DNA of 52,275 bases from Eubacteriales bacterium. Lineage in GTDB: Bacteria > Bacillota > Clostridia > Oscillospirales > CAG-272. Below the pieces are notes generated by a model that worked only from the letters and a program-made list of their open reading frames with translations, was not told where the DNA came from and searched no databases. Numbering within the stretch: the first letter of the stretch is position 1; every line of letters starts with the position of its first letter. The stretch lies in NCBI GenBank assembly GCA_045586225.1, contig JAZMZX010000127.1, positions 1 through 52,275 on the forward strand, in the 5' to 3' direction. The translations under genes were made by a program, and so were the position numbers. This document shows positions 35,721 through 44,393 of this stretch, one piece after another.

Positions 35721-36598
35721 AGGTTTTTGCACGTGACGGTCCATGTGTTTTTGTATGTCTCGCCCGGGGCGAGGGCAATAAGGTCGGGCTTCTTTTCGAA
35801 AACGGTGACCTCTCCGTCGTGGGAGGGAAGGGAGCACCAGGGCTCGATACAAACGTAGGGGGCATCGGTGCGTGGCATATGCCATATGCCCAGATACTGC
35901 ATCCCGGGGAAGGAAACGGTGATGCTGTGCCCGTCGCCGTCTGCTTCAAGGGTCACACTGCGGTCCATATTGCGAAGGACGATGGCATCATCGTCGAAAA
36001 GGCTGTGGGAAAGGGGGAGGGTGTCACCGCCTTCAAGGGGGAAGGGGGTGAAGGTGCCGTCCGTGAAGCAGTCGGCGGTGAATCCCACTCTTTCGGGGGA
36101 GCACTTTTCAGAAAAACGGAGGCGGTAGCTGTCAAAGGTCTTGCCCTCCTTCAGGGGGACGTTGAAGCCGGGGTGTCCGCCAAGCCCGAAATACATTGCT
36201 TTGCCGTCGCGGTTTTCCACCTCATAGGTAACGGCGAGAGTGTCGCCGCAGAGCTCATAGCGCACGCGGAAGAGAAAATCCCGCGGGTATTCGGCGCGTG
36301 TGTCAGCATCGGAGGTGAGCACCAGCGAAAGGGACGAGTCCCCATGCATCTCCGTTTCAAAGCGGCGGTAAGGGGCGATGCCGTGTATCTTCATTTCGCA
36401 GGTCTCCCCGTCAAGGGAATACTTCCCGCCGAAAAGGCGGGCAACGAAGGGGAAGATATTGAGAGCGCGGTCGCTCCAATAGGCAGGGTCTCCCTGCCAC
36501 AGATATTCGGTGCCGTCGGCACCGAGTATGGAATAAAGCTCCGCTCCGTCCTCGGAAACGGTAACGGTGAGAAGCCGGTTTTTTATTGTTTTCAGCAT
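35717..36598 (-). CDS. Aldose 1-epimerase (galactose mutarotase-like) family protein
   Basis: ORF trimmed to ATG 36598 (AAGGAGAG RBS). LWQGDPAYW..RALNIFPFV.R, IHG and GGHPGFN are mutarotase-like fold motifs. Confidence 0.75.
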   Translation of the reverse strand: MLKTIKNRLLTVTVSEDGAELYSILGADGTEYLWQGDPAYWSDRALNIFPFVARLFGGKYSLDGETCEMKIHGIAPYRRFETEMHGDSSLSLVLTSDADTRAEYPRDFLFRVRYELCGDTLAVTYEVENRDGKAMYFGLGGHPGFNVPLKEGKTFDSYRLRFSEKCSPERVGFTADCFTDGTFTPFPLEGGDTLPLSHSLFDDDAIVLRNMDRSVTLEADGDGHSITVSFPGMQYLGIWHMPRTDAPYVCIEPWCSLPSHDGEVTVFEKKPDLIALAPGETYKNTWTVTCKNL

Positions 36599-36608
36599 TG
36601 TTCTCTCC

Positions 36609-37505
36609 TTAGTCGATGCTCTCGAAAAGAATTCCGTCGCGCTCGGTGAAGGATACTTCACCGATGACGACACGTCTGTTTCCGCTGGGCTTTTCGGGGT
36701 CTGTCTGCACGTGGAAGGACGTCATAAGCCTGCCGTCTGCGGCGCGGAAAAACGAGTTGTGGCCTGCGCCGAAAAGCTCACCGCGTGATCGGAGCACCGG
36801 GTTTGCCGCATCCTCCTTGGTGAAGGGACCGAAGGGAGAGTCGGCGGTGGCGATGCAGATGGAATAATCGTTTGAGGCATAAAAGTTGGCGGAATAGTTC
36901 ATCACTATCCGTCCGTCGCGCTCGATAAGGGTGGGACCCTCATTCCAGATGAAGTTTCCGTCAAGGGAAAGCAGCTCCCACGGACGGGTGGGTGTGGAAA
37001 TAAGAACGTGCTCTCCGACGGTGCGTGTCAGCGTTTCGTCGAGACGAACGCAGTAAAGCTGGCTCACGTGAATGCCTTCGATGACGTTTTCGCTGCAGTC
37101 GCGGGCATAGTAAAGGTAGTTTTCGCCTTTATAGGTGAGAAGGGAGCCGTCGATGGCGGCGTAGCCAAGATCGAACATGGGCTCGTTTTTCACGTCAACG
37201 AAGGGGCCGAGCGGCGAATCGCTGACGGCGACGCCAATGCGTAGGCTGCCGTTTTTCTTCATGCGTCCCGAATAGTGCATGATAAATCTTCCGCCGCAGC
37301 AAACGACCTCAGGCGCCCAGAAGCTGCCGCCGGCCCAGTGACCTTCGTCTGCGTAAAAGCAAAGACGGGGCTCGCTCCAGCTACATAGGTCACCGCTTTC
37401 CCAAACACGGAAGCCGCGCCCGTGGCTGGTGGCATAGCAGTAGTATCTTCCGCCGTGCAGGAGTATCTGCGGGTCTCCTATGCCGGTGATGTTCGTAACG
37501 GTCAT
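36609..37505 (-). CDS. Glycoside hydrolase family 43 (beta-xylosidase/alpha-L-arabinofuranosidase-like)
   Basis: GDPQILLHGGRYYCYAT (catalytic Asp region), FWAPEV and a five-bladed-propeller-size protein (298 aa). No signal peptide. Confidence 0.8.
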   Translation of the reverse strand: MTVTNITGIGDPQILLHGGRYYCYATSHGRGFRVWESGDLCSWSEPRLCFYADEGHWAGGSFWAPEVVCCGGRFIMHYSGRMKKNGSLRIGVAVSDSPLGPFVDVKNEPMFDLGYAAIDGSLLTYKGENYLYYARDCSENVIEGIHVSQLYCVRLDETLTRTVGEHVLISTPTRPWELLSLDGNFIWNEGPTLIERDGRIVMNYSANFYASNDYSICIATADSPFGPFTKEDAANPVLRSRGELFGAGHNSFFRAADGRLMTSFHVQTDPEKPSGNRRVVIGEVSFTERDGILFESID

Positions 37506-37526
37506 GATGTGATCCTCTTTTGGGCT

Positions 37527-38606
37527 TTATACAGTCACAATGTTGTCCGGGTCGCGGTCAAATGCGGAAAGCGCATCGTTATCGAAGGGGATCACGATTA
37601 TCTTGCTTCCGTGTTCGTCGCCGCCCAGATCATTTTCCTTTGGAACGTCGATGGCGGAAAGGGTGAGGGCGATAATGCGACCCTCCTCCATGTAAACGAA
37701 GGGGCGCTCAAGCTTGTTCCAGTGGTTCACGGTGCCGTCCCCGTAGCGGATGTAGTCGCCGTCGGGGGTGTAGGCGGCGCCCTTGTGCATGCGCCAGCCG
37801 TCGATGCCGTTGTCGCTTGTCATGTAGTATGCGCGTCTTTCATCCCAGCGGTTTGCGATGCAGTGGTAGCGTCCGTCGGAATACCACATAACGGGGTCTT
37901 CAACGTCGCGCTTGCCTGCAAGCCCGGGCATAATGCTCCAGAGATTCTCAACTCTCGTGTACCAGGGACCGCATATCTTTTTCGCGGTGGCGATGTCGCC
38001 GTGGCGGTTGTATGCGATGTAGCCTCCGCCGACGGCGGGAAGGATGCCCACGTTTGAGAGGCTGAAGGCACCGCGCGTGCCTTCGCCGGCCTCGATCTTC
38101 ATCTGTCCTGTGAACTGCCAGGGACCCGTGAGCTTTTCCGCAAGGAAAATGCCGCCCTTCAGCTCTTTCACAAAGGTGTCGCCGAGCACGAGACCGTATT
38201 TCATTTTCTTGCCGTCAAGATATTCGCCATCGTTCAGCACGAAGGGGAAAACGTTGTGGCCGTAGCCCTCGTGAAAGTCGGGATAAAGGAGCCCCTTGTC
38301 CTCGTAGGGGCCGTAAAGACTGTCGCTGACGGCCAGTATTGCCTTTGAGCGGGACCAGCCGCGGTGGCCTGCGCTTTCGTCCCAGCGGGAAGCAAACATG
38401 TAGAACTTGCCGTCTTCCTTGAAAACGGCGCCGTCCCAGTAGCAGTATCTTTCGCCTTCGGCGTCGGGACAGCCGATATAGCGGTCCTCAAGGCCGTTGT
38501 CAGGGTCACGCCTGCCAACAGTGGGAGCGCCCCAGCAATGGGAGGAAAGCTCACCTACGAGAGGGGTGGTCCTGAAGCAATCCATAAACTGTGTGATCTT
38601 TTTCAT
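37527..38606 (-). CDS. Putative beta-propeller glycoside hydrolase (GH43/GH117-like), family uncertain
   Basis: ORF trimmed to ATG 38606. Repeated W/Y-rich blades (YCYWDGAVFKEDGKFYMFASRWD, DPVMWYSDGRYHCIANRWD, RPFVYMEEGRIIALTLS). Adjacent to the GH43 gene. Confidence 0.45.
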   Translation of the reverse strand: MKKITQFMDCFRTTPLVGELSSHCWGAPTVGRRDPDNGLEDRYIGCPDAEGERYCYWDGAVFKEDGKFYMFASRWDESAGHRGWSRSKAILAVSDSLYGPYEDKGLLYPDFHEGYGHNVFPFVLNDGEYLDGKKMKYGLVLGDTFVKELKGGIFLAEKLTGPWQFTGQMKIEAGEGTRGAFSLSNVGILPAVGGGYIAYNRHGDIATAKKICGPWYTRVENLWSIMPGLAGKRDVEDPVMWYSDGRYHCIANRWDERRAYYMTSDNGIDGWRMHKGAAYTPDGDYIRYGDGTVNHWNKLERPFVYMEEGRIIALTLSAIDVPKENDLGGDEHGSKIIVIPFDNDALSAFDRDPDNIVTV

Positions 38607-38644
38607 GTCTTTTGTCCTTTCGTTTTTTGGCTTGTGTGACGTGC

Positions 38645-39940
38645 TTATTTTAACGATTCTTTTAACGTGAGCTTTGCGATGCACTCGCAGTGCCCCGTGC
38701 GGGGAAACATATCCACGGGGGTGACCCTTTCGATGGAGTATTTTTCCGAGAGCACCTTCAGGTCGCGCGCGAGGGTGGCAGGGTCGCAGGAAATGTAAAC
38801 GAGGCGCGGTGGCATTGTTTTTATAAGGTGTGCGATGAGCCTTTTATCGCAGCCCGCACGGGGCGGGTCCACGATAACGCAGTCTGCACCCGAATCGTAC
38901 GTGGCGGCATCGCCGCATACGAAATCGGCATCGATGCCGTTTGCCCTTGCGTTTTCCTTTGCATCCTCAATAGCGGACGCAACTATTTCTATTCCCGAAA
39001 GGGAAGCCTTGACTCTTGAATTTTTGATAACGGAAATTCCGATGGTGCCCGTGCCGCAGTAGAGGTCGGCAACGGTGTCCCCGTCCTTCAGCTCGGCATA
39101 GTCGCGGGCGAGGGTGTAGAGTATCTCGGCGCCGCCGTGATTCACCTGATAAAATGCATCCGGGGAAATGAGAAAATCACAGCCCGTAAGGCGGTCACGG
39201 ATGCGTTTGTCGCCCCAAACGAGAGTGTATCTGCCTCGGGGAGAGCCCTTTTTCTGAAGGCAAAAATAAACGCTTCCGATTTTGTCAAAGGTGCCCGTGA
39301 GTGCTTCTGCCGCCGCTGCCGCAAAGCCTTTGTCGTCCTCGGCATCCGACATGAATATCACCATCACGCCGTAGGTGGCGAGGCGGATGCAGAGATGGTG
39401 GAGCCCCGCGGGGCGAAGCTTCTTCGCAAGGCGGGAGACCTCTGAAATAATTTCGTTTGTCAGTTCATCGTGGAGCCTGCAGCGGAATTGAGGGATGATA
39501 TCGTGTGAGTTCTTTTTATAGTATCCAACGTCACCGTACCCGGAAACGGGCACCGTGACCTTCGTGCGCACCGCATCCTCGCCTGCCGAGCGTATGGGGC
39601 TTATCTCTGCCTTGAGCCCCGCGCGCCTGAAAAGAGACCTGACGTGCTCCTCCTTCACGGAAAGCTCATGCTCATAGGAAACGTGGCGGAAGGTGCAGCC
39701 TCCGCACTCCTCCGAAAATGCGGAGCAGTCCGGCGCGGTCCTGTGTGGGGAAGGGGAGATGAGCCTGCTTATACTGCAAAGACTGTAGGAAGCGAGCCTT
39801 TTTTCGAGCACGGCATCGCATACGTCGCCAAAGACGGCACCGTCAACGAAAACGGTGCGTCCGTCGCCGTCGCGGGCGACGCCCGCCCCGAGATTGGTGG
39901 TTTCCGTTATATTGATATCGTGTAAGATTATCTTGTCCAT
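38645..39940 (-). CDS. rlmD: 23S rRNA (uracil-C5)-methyltransferase, RumA/RlmD family
   Basis: N-terminal TRAM-like domain, Fe-S Cys cluster (C..F.EECGGCTFRH), SAM-MTase motifs (DLYCGTGTIG, DPPRAG, VYISCDPATLARD). Confidence 0.88.
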   Translation of the reverse strand: MDKIILHDINITETTNLGAGVARDGDGRTVFVDGAVFGDVCDAVLEKRLASYSLCSISRLISPSPHRTAPDCSAFSEECGGCTFRHVSYEHELSVKEEHVRSLFRRAGLKAEISPIRSAGEDAVRTKVTVPVSGYGDVGYYKKNSHDIIPQFRCRLHDELTNEIISEVSRLAKKLRPAGLHHLCIRLATYGVMVIFMSDAEDDKGFAAAAAEALTGTFDKIGSVYFCLQKKGSPRGRYTLVWGDKRIRDRLTGCDFLISPDAFYQVNHGGAEILYTLARDYAELKDGDTVADLYCGTGTIGISVIKNSRVKASLSGIEIVASAIEDAKENARANGIDADFVCGDAATYDSGADCVIVDPPRAGCDKRLIAHLIKTMPPRLVYISCDPATLARDLKVLSEKYSIERVTPVDMFPRTGHCECIAKLTLKESLK

Positions 39941-40086
39941 GGCGGGGATACCTCCGGAGGAAAACGTAGGCTTTCCGAATGTAAAAATAATATTAATAAA
40001 ACCGTCCGTTGTTGCAAAAATTGCGGTCGGGATATATAATAAAATAGTGTATTTTCAATTACGATTATATAATAAGCTATGATATA

Positions 40087-41205
40087 ATGTCAAGCGGAGA
40101 GGGGGAGCAGATGGATAAGGAAAACGTTCTTTCAAATGAAAATACCGACGTGGACCGTCCCGAAGCGGATGCCCCCGAAGCCGAGACCGAGATGGCTGAC
40201 GAGGCCTTTTCTGCCCCCTGCGAGGAGAATCGTTCTCCCGTTGATTTTCTTTTTGACGGCAAGGGCGAAAGCGGCCTTTTCATCGATTCCGTGGCTGCTA
40301 TCACAGCCGACGAAATGGGCGGCGTCCTTGCGAAAAGACGCTTTTCCGTCAGCACCTTCGTGAGTTATCTTTTCGAAAAGCTGGTGCTGCTTTTGGCTGT
40401 GGGTGTGTTTCTTTACTGCACAGCCGAGCTTGTGGTGATCTTCACCGAGCAGTATTCGGGAGATAAATACTACGAGGAGCTTCTCGACGGATACACGAAT
40501 ATTCTGGATTCGAGCAATTTCGGTGCACTCACACTGCAAAAAATGAATCCTGCCGAAGCCTTCGTTGCGGGAGTTTCCCAGCCCGATAACGGCATCATCG
40601 TTGAAATGGAGCAGTACGACCAGGAGGTCGAGCTGATGAAGGCGAAGATATCTGCGCTTATGCACACCTATCCCGACGTGTACGCCTATATCGTTATAGA
40701 GGATACCGTTATCGATTATCCCGTTGTGCGTGGTGAGGACAACGATTTTTATCTCAATCACGCGTTCACAGGGGAGCCTATGTCCATCGGCTCGGTGTTT
40801 GCCGACTACAGGTCCAAGGACTATATCCTCGACAATTATAATACCGTGTTCTACGCTCACAACAGCTCCACCGGCAAAATGTTTGCAGATATAATGAAAT
40901 TTGCCCAGAGCGAGGAGTTTTTCAACACCCATAATATCTACGTTTATACCTCCACGGGCAAATACGTGTTCGAGCCCTTCAACCTTGCGATATTCAGGTC
41001 TGATTATCAGTATTTCAGAACGGGCTTTTCAAGCGGCGCCGGCTTCGTTGCATTCGCAAACGAGATGCAGTCTCAGTCCATGTACTCGAAGCGCACCACC
41101 TTCACCGAAAACGACCGCATAATCACCCTTTCCACATGCACCAAGCTTGGCATCAAGAATCTTCGCTATTGCCTGCAGGGAAAGCTTATCGAGGTGACGG
41201 AATGA
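40087..41205 (+). CDS. srtB: Class B sortase with long acidic N-terminal cytoplasmic tail
   Basis: DYPVVRGEDNDFYLNH, YAHN (catalytic His), TLSTC (catalytic Cys) and a downstream Arg (NLRYCLQGKL). The TM starts about 95 aa from the listed start. An alternative start at ATG 40111 is possible. Confidence 0.82.
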   Translation: MSSGEGEQMDKENVLSNENTDVDRPEADAPEAETEMADEAFSAPCEENRSPVDFLFDGKGESGLFIDSVAAITADEMGGVLAKRRFSVSTFVSYLFEKLVLLLAVGVFLYCTAELVVIFTEQYSGDKYYEELLDGYTNILDSSNFGALTLQKMNPAEAFVAGVSQPDNGIIVEMEQYDQEVELMKAKISALMHTYPDVYAYIVIEDTVIDYPVVRGEDNDFYLNHAFTGEPMSIGSVFADYRSKDYILDNYNTVFYAHNSSTGKMFADIMKFAQSEEFFNTHNIYVYTSTGKYVFEPFNLAIFRSDYQYFRTGFSSGAGFVAFANEMQSQSMYSKRTTFTENDRIITLSTCTKLGIKNLRYCLQGKLIEVTE

Positions 41206-42056
41206 TAAACGGAATTTTTACCTGTCCTCTTTGCGGCAGCAGCCTCACCCTTGAAGGAGGTGTGTTTTCCTGCATGGACGGCCACAGATTCGACCTTTCA
41301 AGCGCAGGCTACGTTAATCTTCTGCGCCCGGGCAAGCTCAGAAACAGAAGCTCCGGCGACGATAAGGGAATGGTGACGGCAAGGACCCGATTCCTTTCCG
41401 CAGATTACTATAAGCCCAATCGCGATGCGATAATCGACGCGATACGCGAGCTTTTACCCAACGGCGGCACGGTCCTCGACGCAGGCTGCGGCGAGGGCTA
41501 CTACACAAACGGCATCGCACGGGAGCTTCCGGGCGTTAACGTTATCGGAATCGATGCCTCCAAGCACGCAACGGAGGCGGCAGCGAAGTCTGCACGCAGA
41601 ATGGGCGTTGCCGAAAGGACCGCGTATGCAACAGCATCCCTTGCGGCGATGCCGATACCCGATAAAAGCGTTGACCTTATCCTTTCGTTTTTCTCCCCCT
41701 GTGACTATAACGAGTTTGCGCGGGTGCTGAAGGAGGGCGGAAGGGTGCTTATCGGCTCTGCGGGAAAGGACCACCTTCACGAGCTGAAGGAGGTGCTTTA
41801 CGGAGAGGGCAACGTGCGCGATAATGAAAAATTCCTTCACGGGGAGCGCGCCGCAGGCAGCGGACTTACCTTTGCATCCGAGAAAACGGTCAGATACCAA
41901 AGCCGCATCCTTGGCGGCGAGCATATAAACGCGCTGTTCTCTATGACTCCCTACTATTGGCGCACGCCGAGAGCGGGAGCTGAAGCACTGGCTCTTCTGC
42001 AAGAGCTCACAGTCACCGTTGAGGTGGACCTTACGGTGCTTACTCTGTCACACTGA
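41202..42056 (+). CDS. rlmA: 23S rRNA (guanine-N1)-methyltransferase RlmA family
   Basis: ORF trimmed to ATG 41202 (ATGA overlap with the srtB stop). Zn ribbon CPLC...CMDGH.FD.S..GYVNLL and SAM motif VLDAGCGEGYY. Confidence 0.85.
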   Translation: MINGIFTCPLCGSSLTLEGGVFSCMDGHRFDLSSAGYVNLLRPGKLRNRSSGDDKGMVTARTRFLSADYYKPNRDAIIDAIRELLPNGGTVLDAGCGEGYYTNGIARELPGVNVIGIDASKHATEAAAKSARRMGVAERTAYATASLAAMPIPDKSVDLILSFFSPCDYNEFARVLKEGGRVLIGSAGKDHLHELKEVLYGEGNVRDNEKFLHGERAAGSGLTFASEKTVRYQSRILGGEHINALFSMTPYYWRTPRAGAEALALLQELTVTVEVDLTVLTLSH

Positions 42057-42088
42057 CGTGATACATCTTTTACTTAAACGGAGCAAAA

Positions 42089-42808
42089 ATGAAACTTTCC
42101 TTATGCATTCCAATGTACAATGAATCGGGCATCGCCGAGGAGGCGGTGAAAACCTATACGGAGGCTCTCGACGTGATCGTGCCCGAGGATTACGAGATTA
42201 TATTCTGCGACGACGGCTCCCGCGACGGCTGTGCCGACATCGTCCGCGGTCTTGAGCATCCCCGTGTGCGCGTTGTGGGATACGGTGAAAACCGAGGCAA
42301 GGGCTGCGCCGTCAGAACGGCGGTGCTTGCGGCGCGCGGAGATATTGTGCTTTATACCGATTGCGATAACGCATACGGCACGGACAAGATCCGTGAGGCT
42401 GTCTGTAAGCTCGATGAAATGCCCGATACCGACGTGCTCATCGGCTCGAGAAATGCAGATAAAAGCGGCTACGAGGGCTACACCCTCATGCGTAAGCTTG
42501 CATCAAAGACCTATATCGTTATTCTGAAGCTGGCGGCAGGTCTGCGCCACAGCGATTCTCAGTGCGGCTTTAAGGCAATGAGAAGGGAAGCGGCTCACGA
42601 TATTTTCAGCAGATGCAGGACAGACCGCTTTGCCTTTGATATCGAGGTGCTGCTCTATGCGGACAAGCTTGGCTACCGTGTTTCGGAGCTTCCCGTGAAG
42701 ATCATAAATCACAGAGAAGCGGAATCCAAGGTGCACATTGTGAAGGATACGGCCCGTATGCTTCGCGACCTGAGAGTCATCAAAAAAAGAATGAAATCGG
42801 AAAAGTAA
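42089..42808 (+). CDS. GT2-family glycosyltransferase (polyprenyl-phosphate hexosyltransferase-like)
   Basis: LSLCIPMYNE, DDGSRDG, YTDCD and the QCGFK motif typical of Dpg/ArnC-like GT2 enzymes. Confidence 0.82.
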   Translation: MKLSLCIPMYNESGIAEEAVKTYTEALDVIVPEDYEIIFCDDGSRDGCADIVRGLEHPRVRVVGYGENRGKGCAVRTAVLAARGDIVLYTDCDNAYGTDKIREAVCKLDEMPDTDVLIGSRNADKSGYEGYTLMRKLASKTYIVILKLAAGLRHSDSQCGFKAMRREAAHDIFSRCRTDRFAFDIEVLLYADKLGYRVSELPVKIINHREAESKVHIVKDTARMLRDLRVIKKRMKSEK

Positions 42809-42809
42809 A

Positions 42810-42840
42810 GAACGGAGGGGATACCCTCCGTTCTCTTTTT
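42810..42840 (+). terminator. Rho-independent terminator
   Basis: gaacggaggg (42810-42819) pairs with ccctccgttc (42824-42833), followed by tcttttt. Confidence 0.85.
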
Positions 42841-42896
42841 GTGCAAAATTGTCGGTATGCGCAGAATTAATCCACACGTATTGGTGAATCGGAATA

Positions 42897-42925
42897 TTGA
42901 CGGGGAGATGCCTCGTGTATATAAT
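42897..42925 (+). promoter_or_regulatory. Sigma-70-type promoter of the mrp-like operon
   Basis: TTGACG (42897-42902), 17-nt spacer, TATAAT (42920-42925). Confidence 0.6.
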
Positions 42926-42948
42926 AAATATGATGAAAAAATATGTCG

Positions 42949-42970
42949 AAAAAATGCACGTGCATTTTTT
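42949..42970. promoter_or_regulatory. Perfect 22-bp palindrome (candidate operator) between promoter and mrpE start
   Basis: aaaaaatgcac|gtgcatttttt. It is self-complementary with no loop. Confidence 0.5.
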
Positions 42971-42984
42971 GATCGGGAGATATT

Positions 42985-43461
42985 ATGTTATTGATTTTGT
43001 TTATTTTCTGGCTTATCCTGTCCTGCAAAATAACTCTTGAGATAGTGGTTTTCGGTATGCTTATCACAGCTGCCGTGGTGGTGTTTTCTTTCACCTATCT
43101 CGGCTGGACGTGGAAGCGCGAGCTTCTCGTTTATAAGCTCATACCGCTGGCTGCGGCGTACGTTGCAGTGCTGGAATATGAGATACTCAAGGCGAATTTT
43201 GCAGTGATACCCTATATTTTCGGAAAGAAGAAGCCCGACGGAGTGGTGGTCACCTTTGAATCCGGGCTTAAAAGCCAGGTGGCAAATGCGGTGCTGGCTA
43301 ACAGCATCACAATGACACCGGGCACCATAACCCTTAAAAACAAGGGCGACGGCTTCACGGTCCACTGTCTGCACGGGGATATGGCGGAGGGAATGGAAAG
43401 CTCCGTTTTCGTGAAGCTTCTTTCCAGAATGGAATCACAGCTTGAAGGAGGCAAAGGATGA
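42985..43461 (+). CDS. mrpE: Mrp/Mnh cation:proton antiporter subunit E
   Basis: 158 aa with two N-terminal TMs and NSITMTPGT, the family SITLTPGT-type motif. Confidence 0.85.
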   Translation: MLLILFIFWLILSCKITLEIVVFGMLITAAVVVFSFTYLGWTWKRELLVYKLIPLAAAYVAVLEYEILKANFAVIPYIFGKKKPDGVVVTFESGLKSQVANAVLANSITMTPGTITLKNKGDGFTVHCLHGDMAEGMESSVFVKLLSRMESQLEGGKG

Positions 43462-43748
43462 CACCTGACGTTGCTTACAAATATCTTTTTATGTTTACCC
43501 TGATATTTTTGTCGCTCTATGCCGCTGTGGGTATATACAGAGGCTGCAGAGGTCCCGAGGTGTGCGACCGCGTGCTTGGCGTTAATATGATCGGCAGTGC
43601 CGTGATCTCCTCTATGCTCACGCTGACAGCCCTTCTTGATGAGGCTTATCTTGCAGATATCGCCGTGATCTATGCCCTTGTGAATTTCCTTTCCGTTATC
43701 ATTCTCAGAAGAGTGTACGGCAAGAGCGGGAAAGGAGACGGCAAATGA
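43458..43748 (+). CDS. mrpF: Mrp/Mnh antiporter subunit F
   Basis: 96 aa, 3 TMs (RGPEVCDRVLGVNMIGS...). ATGA-coupled to mrpE. Confidence 0.8.
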   Translation: MTPDVAYKYLFMFTLIFLSLYAAVGIYRGCRGPEVCDRVLGVNMIGSAVISSMLTLTALLDEAYLADIAVIYALVNFLSVIILRRVYGKSGKGDGK

Positions 43749-44104
43749 TAGGCGAATGGATATGCTTTGGGATCAGCGCCGCTTTCACTCTGGTGGGTGT
43801 GCTTGCGTTCTTTTCTGCTGCGATCGGTGTGGGACGCTTCAAATTCTGCCTTAACAGACTTCACGCCGCCGCCGTGGCAGACACCATCGGCGTTACCTGC
43901 GTGGCCCTTTCCGCGATCGTATACGCAGGACTTGAGTTCGTTTCCTTGAAGGAGCTTATGGTCCTTTTGATAATGATGCTCACCTCACCCGTTTCCACAC
44001 ATCTTCTCGCAGAGCTTGAATATACCGTCAGCGACAGTCTTGACGATAACTGCAGAGTGGAAGATGAGGAAAAAGCCGAGGCGGCGAAAGAGAAGGAGGA
44101 ATGA
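43745..44104 (+). CDS. mrpG: Mrp/Mnh antiporter subunit G
   Basis: 119 aa. FFSAAIGVGRF..CLNRLHAAAVADTIG is the typical MnhG N-terminus. ATGA-coupled to mrpF. Confidence 0.8.
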   Translation: MIGEWICFGISAAFTLVGVLAFFSAAIGVGRFKFCLNRLHAAAVADTIGVTCVALSAIVYAGLEFVSLKELMVLLIMMLTSPVSTHLLAELEYTVSDSLDDNCRVEDEEKAEAAKEKEE

Positions 44105-44105
44105 C

Positions 44106-44393
44106 ATGGAGCTTGTTGAAATAGCAAAGATAGTTCTTCTTCTAATGCTGGTGGTCACAGCCGTGTGCGCGGCATTTATCAAGCGCACTCTTCATGCCGT
44201 GATCGTGTTCACCGGCTATAGCCTTATAATGGCCATACTCTGGGTGCTCATGGAGTCCCCCGACCTGGCTGTAACGGAAGCTGCCGTAGGCGCGGGCGTT
44301 TCCGGCGTCCTTTTCTATATGGCGCTTCACAAGATCGGTCGAATGGAGGCTGAAAACAAAAGTGAAAAACAGAATAACGAAACTGAAAAATAA
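44106..44393 (+). CDS. DUF4040 / MbhD-like small membrane subunit (equivalent to the MrpA C-terminal segment)
   Basis: ORF 44016..44393 trimmed to ATG 44106 (AAGGAGG RBS). Conserved SPDLAVTEAAVGAGVSGVLF motif. Confidence 0.75.
   Translation: MELVEIAKIVLLLMLVVTAVCAAFIKRTLHAVIVFTGYSLIMAILWVLMESPDLAVTEAAVGAGVSGVLFYMALHKIGRMEAENKSEKQNNETEK

Noticed and set aside
42949-42970. The palindrome as an intrinsic terminator or attenuator.
   Set aside because: The two arms abut with no loop and the stem is A/T-rich outside a 10-bp core. A protein operator is the better explanation.
44016-44393. N-terminally extended ORF-track models. This is one example. Others are 868, 2702, 3791, 4163, 17190, 24842, 25080, 30709, 32408, 35885, 36673, 38684 and 41136.
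   Set aside because: In each case an internal ATG preceded by an AGGAGG-like RBS starts the conserved or hydrophobic part of the protein. The upstream extension is Arg/Pro-rich and overlaps the preceding gene or intergenic terminator, so I trimmed the starts.
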